This document shows positions 19,119 through 24,000 of a stretch of 24,000 bases of DNA, piece after piece. Location of the stretch: positions 1-24,000 of the forward strand of contig NZ_VUNM01000005.1 in the NCBI RefSeq assembly GCF_009695655.1. Reading direction: 5' to 3'. Both the position numbers and the translations under genes were made by a program. The DNA is from Sharpea porci. Lineage in GTDB: Bacteria > Bacillota_I > Bacilli_A > Erysipelotrichales > Coprobacillaceae. Below the pieces are notes generated by a model. The model made no database searches. It was given only the letters and a program-made list of their open reading frames with translations, and was not told the origin of the DNA. Positions within the stretch are counted from its first letter, which is position 1. Every line of letters begins with the position of its first letter.

Positions 19119-19422
19119 CCTCCTGACAACAATCCTTTTTTTGACAAGCTTGAGAACAGTTCAATGAATCAATGAATGTTCTAAAGGCCGTTAATGTTTC
19201 ACAATTTAATGAATAATAAGTATTCTTCCATTGCTTTCTCGTTGTGACGAGATTGCATTCAACCAAGACTTTCATATGATGTGAGAGCGTTGGTTGGGTA
19301 ATCTGGAAAGCTTCGAGTAGCTTACATGCACAAAGCTCCCCTCCTGTCAACATTTTGACAATCTTGAGACGATGGGCATCGGATAACGCCTTACATATTA
19401 ATGATGCATCAATTTCATTCAT
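19111..19422 (-). CDS. arsR: ArsR/SmtB family metalloregulator
   Basis: 103 aa. Winged-helix region with ELCACKLLEAF metal-binding motif, TQPTLSHHMKVL, and Cys-rich C-terminus (CSQACQKKDCC). Confidence 0.93.
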   Translation of the reverse strand: MNEIDASLICKALSDAHRLKIVKMLTGGELCACKLLEAFQITQPTLSHHMKVLVECNLVTTRKQWKNTYYSLNCETLTAFRTFIDSLNCSQACQKKDCCQEDE

Positions 19423-19431
19423 AATAACCCC

Positions 19432-20427
19432 CTAAATAAGTAATGGCTGCAAAATATTAAAGAGATAACCAACAACAATAATACCTACCACACAAATAGC
19501 GATAAAAATACCAAGCAGCTTAGGCTTAATCGCTTTTCTTAACATGATCAATGAAGGCAGACTAAGAGTTGTAACAGCCATCATGAAACTTAGGACAGTA
19601 CCAAGAAGAGCTCCCTTTGAAAGCAATGCTTCAGCAACAGGAATACTGCCAAATATATCAGCATACATGGGCACACCCACAATTGTGGCAAGAACAACAC
19701 CAAATGGGTTCTTGTTGCCAAGAATCGTTTCAATCATATCTTCAGGGATCCAGTTATGAATAATCGCACCAATACCAACTCCTAACAGAATATAAGGAAA
19801 GACTTTCTTGAAAGTGGAACTCATTTGTTCATAGGCATAATCAAGACGATCTTTCTTTGTAAGTGTCACACCCCTCGTTTCGACTGCTCGGGCATTCTTG
19901 ATGAAGTCCTCAACTTCATCATCAAGCTTTAATTTCTCAATAAGCGAGCCACCAATAATAGCAATCAACAATCCCATAATTACATAGACAATCGCTACAC
20001 GATAGCCAAAAATGCCCATTAATAGAATCAGGCTGCCAAGATCAACCATTGGTGAAGAAATCAGGAATGAGAAAGTCACACCAAGAGGTAAACCGGCACT
20101 CGTAAAGCCAATAAAGAGTGGAATTGATGAACACGAACAAAATGGTGTCACCGTTCCCAATAATGCCCCTATCATGTTCGCAAAGATTCCATGAAAACGC
20201 CCCATAATCTTACGACTTCTTTCTGGGGGAAAATAGCTCTGAATGTAGGAAATGAGGAATATCAATAGGCAAAGTAGTATTGTGATCTTTATGACATCAT
20301 AGAAAAAGAACTGTAATGAGCCACCTATTTTTGTTTTGATATTGATGCCTATTGTTTGAAGTAAGAAGGCTACAAGTCTATTGAGCCAATGCATGGCAAG
20401 AATTTCATTCTGGATAAATGTTCCCAT
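19432..20427 (-). CDS. Permease of the ArsP/SO_0444 (DUF318) type
   Basis: 331 aa, multi-TM, TPFCSCSSIPLFIGFTSAGLPLGVTFSFLISSP signature. Confidence 0.88.
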   Translation of the reverse strand: MGTFIQNEILAMHWLNRLVAFLLQTIGINIKTKIGGSLQFFFYDVIKITILLCLLIFLISYIQSYFPPERSRKIMGRFHGIFANMIGALLGTVTPFCSCSSIPLFIGFTSAGLPLGVTFSFLISSPMVDLGSLILLMGIFGYRVAIVYVIMGLLIAIIGGSLIEKLKLDDEVEDFIKNARAVETRGVTLTKKDRLDYAYEQMSSTFKKVFPYILLGVGIGAIIHNWIPEDMIETILGNKNPFGVVLATIVGVPMYADIFGSIPVAEALLSKGALLGTVLSFMMAVTTLSLPSLIMLRKAIKPKLLGIFIAICVVGIIVVGYLFNILQPLLI

Positions 20428-20454
20428 ATGTTTACTCCTCTATCACATTGATAT

Positions 20455-20495
20455 TTATCTATATGAATAATAAATCTCGCATAGATAATTGTCAA
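20455..20495 (-). promoter_or_regulatory. Promoter of the arsenic-resistance-type operon with candidate ArsR operator
   Basis: Minus strand -35 TTGACA (20490-20495), 17-nt spacer, -10 TATTAT (20467-20472). Inverted repeat TTATCTAT (20481-20488, minus) / ATAGATAA (20455-20462, minus) with 18-nt spacer around the -10. Shine-Dalgarno-like GAGGAG at 20435-20440. Confidence 0.65.
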
Positions 20496-20506
20496 TATAA
20501 TAAAAA

Positions 20507-20526
20507 CTATAAGCTTCTGCTTATAG
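20507..20526 (-). terminator. Intrinsic terminator
   Basis: Minus strand CTATAAGC-AGAA-GCTTATAG followed by TTTTTATTAT; the stop codon of the small ORF remnant (20521-20523) lies in the 5' arm. Confidence 0.55.
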
Positions 20527-20667
20527 CTTTCTAATCGTAATTTCATTAAGAGACAAAGAAACAATACCTTCATCACATTTCATACTTACCTGTCCATCTA
20601 CCTCCAGATCGATAAATGATACACGACCATAATCCTTCAATTCGACCCACTTGTCTTTAATAGTACT
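20521..20667 (-). pseudogene. Possible truncated 3' remnant of an unidentified gene
   Basis: Minus-strand reading frame STIKDKWVELKDYGRVSFIDLEVDGQVSMKCDEGIVSLSLNEITIRKL* with protein-like composition. It has no start codon or RBS near its open boundary (TAG upstream) and is immediately followed by a terminator. Confidence 0.3.
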
Positions 20668-20696
20668 TCTCTAACCACAAAAACTTTCTTTAGACT

Positions 20697-20725
20697 TCAT
20701 ACAATCACCAAGGCACAAACCATCT
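20697..20725 (-). pseudogene. bioY: 3' terminal fragment of bioY displaced by the IS element
   Basis: Joined after the TTTAA at 22465-22469, it gives ...FLVGDALKMVCALVIV* in frame. Total ORF is 496 + 29 = 525 nt (174 aa plus TGA). Confidence 0.85.
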
Positions 20726-20869
20726 GTGAACTACTCCGACTTATAGAAGTCGGAGCTTCCTGCTTCAGCCACTACTGCGTTGGCTGCGATGTTACGCAGC
20801 TCAATGTCTTACACAATGTCCACAGGCGTATGAGTTCGGGCTATTCCATCCCTACTGCAACATTTAGTT
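20726..20869 (-). ncRNA. Candidate omega-RNA scaffold / right end of the IS605-type element
   Basis: Hairpins GCTGCG/CGCAGC (20783-20800) and CTCCGACTT-CTAT-AAGTCGGAG (20734-20755), terminal GTAGTTCAC, located directly 3' of tnpB. The RNA probably extends into the tnpB 3' end. Confidence 0.6.
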
Positions 20870-22009
20870 CTAGGCTGCCCCGGCAAGCAGCCGCAGGCCT
20901 TCATTCAGGATATTGATGGCTGCGTTCTGGTCACGGCCTATCGTGAGTCCGCAGTCTCATGTCATCTTGCGGATAGACAAATCCTTCATCTCGGGATGCA
21001 ATGTACCGCAGCAATGACATATCTGTGATGATGGATACCACTTATCTACCTTAACAAGATACTTGTTCCTGTCGGACAGCTTATACTCAAGCATAGACAG
21101 GAACATGCCGTATCCGTTATCCAGGGTCGCTTTGCCGTTGCCGAACCCGCGATTCGCCATAGACTTCATGTCTAGAGATTCCACGCATACAACATCATAC
21201 CGATTGGCTATCTCAGCAGATATTTTATGCAGGTTGTCCAGACGCTGATTTGATATGTGTCTATGAATTTTATTTACTTTACGGAGCTGCTTGATATAGT
21301 TATTGGATTTATCTTCATGCTTTTTATAGCCTTGCATGCGGGACAGCCTGCGCTGTGCCTTGGCAAGCCTGTCATGGCTTTCACGGTAGTACTTATGATT
21401 AGTACCAACATTACCGTTGCTGTCTACATATAAGCCGTCAGATGCATAATCCAGTCCAATGGCATTGGCTTTATCCGCTATATAAGTATTTTCCACTTTA
21501 TCAAATTCAAAAAGCACAGAAATATAATACTTGCCATCTGATTCCTGAGATACAGTAGCCGACTTGATAATCCAGCTGCTGTCAGGGATACGATGGATGA
21601 CAGCTTTGACCTTGCCAATCTTAGGAAGCCTGATGTACTTGTTGTCTGTAATCGCAACTGTCCCTTTCTGATTGTTTGTCGTGTAGGACCTGCGGCTGTG
21701 CTTTGCAGACTTGAACTTAGGAAATCCGTTTTTCTTCTTGCGAGATCTGTCAAATGTGTTGCGAAATGCTGCCTGCAGGTTCATCTGTACGTTCGCAAGG
21801 GCAAGACTGTCTACATCCCTGAGATAAGGATATTCATCCTTATACCGAGCAGGCGTTACATCAGGAAACTTGCCAGTTGCTTTATAGCCTTCAATCTTAT
21901 CGGAAAGCATGAGATTATAGACCTTGCGGCAGCAGCCAAAGGTCTTAGAGAACATAATGTTTTGTTCAGCTGTAGGATATACTCTGTACTTAATTGCCTT
22001 GTTTGCCAT
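20870..22009 (-). pseudogene. tnpB: IS200/IS605 family TnpB with in-frame TGA (20957-20959)
   Basis: 350 aa up to TGA, with IGLDYASDG, VCVESLDMKSMA and the first CHCCG zinc knuckle. After TGA the same frame continues DCGLTIGRDQNAAINILNEGLRLLAGAA* to TAG at 20870-20872. Confidence 0.88.
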
Positions 22010-22257
22010 CCTTCCCTCCCTGTGACTCTATATATTGCTTAATGATATCTGCTGTGGCCCCGCCTGCGGTCAGCAGGCAGAAGCTCTGTGACCAGAACAT
22101 CTCTTTCCATAAGGATTTGCGTATTTCAGGAAATTCCTTCTTTATGATACGGCTGCTCGCTGATTTGTAGGCATTAATAATCCTTCCTGATACATCTGGC
22201 CGTATCGTAGCCCATGTTCTTTGTATGGGCCATGTACCTGACCGTGTCCTGAGCCAT
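21990..22257 (-). pseudogene. tnpA: IS200-type TnpA (Y1 transposase) remnant with internal deletion
   Basis: Start-like MAQDTVRYMAHTKNMGYD at 22257 runs out of frame. The C-terminal SASSRIIKKEFPEIRKSLWKEMFWSQSFCLLTAGGATADIIKQYIESQGG is retained. The HUH region is absent and the whole remnant is only 268 nt. Confidence 0.82.
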
Positions 22258-22351
22258 GGCTGTCGTCTCCCTTCCTGTACAGCAATATTATACCATGAGC
22301 ATTGCTCACCGTCCACCTTGTGCAGGCGATATGAAAGGCAGGTGCCGGCCT

Positions 22352-22375
22352 TGCTCATGACTGAAGTCATGAGCA
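22352..22375 (-). repeat. Near-perfect palindrome in the left-end region of the IS605-type element
   Basis: TGCTCATGACT-GA-AGTCATGAGCA, 11-bp arms with a 2-nt centre. Confidence 0.8.
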
Positions 22376-22422
22376 TGCAGCGGGCAGGTTGTCAGCAAAA
22401 CGCCGTGTTTATCGCAATTCAT

Positions 22423-22445
22423 CCCGCCACCTATAGAGGTGGGGG
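22423..22445 (-). repeat. Left-end hairpin of the IS605-type element
   Basis: Plus strand CCCG-CCACCT-ATAG-AGGTGG-GGG: 6-bp core stem with a possible bulged extension, same ATAG (minus CTAT) loop as the right-end hairpin. Confidence 0.65.
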
Positions 22446-22464
22446 ATTTCTTGCTCACGGCGTG

Positions 22465-22960
22465 TTAAAGCATCACCAACAAGAAATGGCAATACACAAA
22501 CGAGAAAACTATTGTTGAAAGATGGTTTTGTAAGATACATAAAATAGCCACATCCCACGCTATAGGAAATATCTGTACCAACAATCATGCCCACAAGATT
22601 CCTAAGTTTGTGATCATAGTTATGGACAAACCAACTGCTGACATAAGCCATAATAGGAAAAGCCAATAAAAATCCCCCATTAGGTCCAATAAGATGATCA
22701 ATACCACCGGTAAAGTTTGCAAAAACAGGCAAGCCGATTGCCCCCATAAATAGATAGACCAATGTCATCATCAAAGCCTGATTCTTGTTGAAAGTCATGG
22801 CAATGACATATATCGCAAGAGTCTGTAGACTTATAGGAACCATACCTGGGAATGAGATTACTATTTGTGCACCAATAACCAGCAGTGCAATAGCCATCGC
22901 TCTTTCAACGATACAATTTGTCTTATTCTTTATATTTGGATTCCCCTTTATGTGCGTCAT
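22465..22960 (-). pseudogene. bioY: BioY family biotin transporter, 5' portion (interrupted)
   Basis: Native part MTHIKGNPNIK...IGAQIVISFPGMVPISLQTLAIYVIA...GPNGGFLLAFPIMAY...CVLPFLVGDAL. The ORF-track residues after this (TRREQEIPHLYRWRDELR) are read out of the IS end. Confidence 0.88.
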
Positions 22961-23016
22961 TATAACACAAGATTTCTTATTTTGAAGTTCAAATATTAAA
23001 AATAAAAAAAGGACAT

Positions 23017-24000
23017 CTAAGCGATGTCCAATTGATAGATATGATGATGATAAGCACTTTTATAGAGAATCCAGGAAACAATGAGAGCGATGGCTTCTGA
23101 TATTGGGAAAGTAATCCATACACCCATGACACCAAAATAGCGAATGAGTATAAAGGATAAGGGAATGGTCAGAATGAACTGACGCAGCAGAGAAATAAAG
23201 AGCGAATACTTACCCTCGCCGATAGCTTCAAAGACCCCGGACATCACAATACCGAATGTTGAAATCACAAAACCTAGGGCTAAGACACGCAAGCCAGGAA
23301 TACCCATGGTCATCATTGTTTCATTGGCACTAAATAAGGATAATATTGGTTTTGTCGCAACAATAAAGAGGACTGTGCCAGCTAAGAGTATAGCCCCGAT
23401 TGTCTTTGTCGTAATCATAATGGTCTCTTTCATACGCTTAAAATCACGGGCACCATAATTGAAGCTGATAATAGGACGCATACCCTGAATAACACCATTG
23501 GATGGCATATAGACAAATGTCTGCAGCTTATAATAAATACCAAAGAATGCAACCGCAGTTTGTGATGAAAGCGAAAGAATCATATTCAACAAAGATACAA
23601 GGATGGATGGCAAGCACATCATTAAACATGATGGAATCGCAATCGCATAGATTTCTTTAAAGGCTGAAAAATGGAGACGTGTTTTCAGATGAAGATGAAT
23701 GGGTGTCTTTAAATAAGTAAAGAGGATGATGGAAAGAATGCAGGAACTAAACTGTCCAATAATAGTGGCAATAGCAGCCCCAGCAACGCCTAAAGCTGGC
23801 ATATGGAAATAGCCAAAAATAAGAATCGGATCGAGAATGATATTTACGAGCGCACCAACCATCTGCATGATCATTGGAACAACCATATTACCACAAGCCT
23901 GAAACATCTTTTCAATCGCAATATGAATAAAAGAAGCAAATGTCAACGTAATAACAATCATCCCATACTGTCTGCCATAATCAAGAACGGATTGCTTTGT
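23017..24000 (-). CDS. MATE family efflux transporter (partial, 5' end beyond window)
   Basis: GVAGAAIATIIGQFSS, GVIQGMRPIISFNYGARDFKRMKE, and TM-rich sequence. The frame stays open through 24000 (TKQSVLDYGRQYGMIVITL...), so the ORF-track Met at 23961 is internal. Confidence 0.9.
   Translation of the reverse strand, partial: TKQSVLDYGRQYGMIVITLTFASFIHIAIEKMFQACGNMVVPMIMQMVGALVNIILDPILIFGYFHMPALGVAGAAIATIIGQFSSCILSIILFTYLKTPIHLHLKTRLHFSAFKEIYAIAIPSCLMMCLPSILVSLLNMILSLSSQTAVAFFGIYYKLQTFVYMPSNGVIQGMRPIISFNYGARDFKRMKETIMITTKTIGAILLAGTVLFIVATKPILSLFSANETMMTMGIPGLRVLALGFVISTFGIVMSGVFEAIGEGKYSLFISLLRQFILTIPLSFILIRYFGVMGVWITFPISEAIALIVSWILYKSAYHHHIYQLDIA

Larger units (their letters stand above)
20726..22464 (-). 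mobile_element. IS200/IS605-type element, ~1739 bp, decayed, inserted in bioY
   Basis: tnpA remnant plus tnpB. Hairpins at both ends share a CTATA-type loop. No target duplication. Left boundary is directly 3' of TTTAA and right boundary is ...GTAGTTCAC. Excision between these points restores the bioY frame. Confidence 0.88.

Noticed and set aside
20957-20959. TGA in tnpB as evidence of an alternative code (UGA = Trp or selenocysteine)
   Set aside because: TGA functions as the normal stop of the DUF1905 gene and of the reconstructed bioY. The position in tnpB should be Cys-Pro in the zinc knuckle, and no SECIS-type evidence was identified. A small deletion explains it more simply.
21593-22042. 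Plus-strand 149-aa ORF antisense to tnpB
   Set aside because: Direct antisense of conserved TnpB sequence with no protein-family features; typical shadow ORF.
22225-22518. Plus-strand 97-aa ORF over the IS left end
   Set aside because: Crosses the IS/bioY boundary and is antisense to both tnpA remnant and bioY; spurious.
1-24000. CRISPR array or tandem repeat arrays
   Set aside because: No regularly spaced direct repeats with unique spacers were seen; repeated motifs are limited to IS-end and terminator hairpins.
1-24000. tRNA or rRNA genes
   Set aside because: No cloverleaf-like GTTCRANNC segments with matching acceptor stems or rRNA-conserved stretches were recognised by eye. A tRNAscan/Infernal run would be needed to exclude them formally.

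Overview
This 24 kb window looks like a Firmicutes chromosome, probably Erysipelotrichia-like (inferred from gene style only). Most of it is ordinary metabolism and transport: pepF, an aldo/keto reductase, a CDF transporter, a methionine gamma-lyase family protein, an SDR, efp, a DMT-type transporter and a MATE transporter. The parts worth attention are: (1) a compact minus-strand cluster at 11496-17723 encoding an Lhr/BrxHI-like SF2 helicase, a BrxD-like (DUF2791) P-loop ATPase, a TerB_N/TerB_C protein, an HD phosphohydrolase and a DUF1905 protein, with no BREX core genes in view; it is a candidate DNA-processing or defence module. (2) An 817-aa adenosine-deaminase-like protein with a C-terminal Rossmann-like, possibly SLOG-type, domain (2080-4533). 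(3) An arsenic-resistance-type operon (17814-20427) with a good promoter and a candidate ArsR operator. (4) A decayed IS200/IS605-type element that can be delimited to the base (20726-22464). It interrupts bioY, and removing it in silico after TTTAA restores the bioY frame exactly. Its tnpB has an in-frame TGA before the third RuvC Asp, and its tnpA has lost the HUH region. (5) What looks like the 3' end and guide-RNA scaffold of a second, different TnpB element at the left edge, abutting the pepF stop codon.
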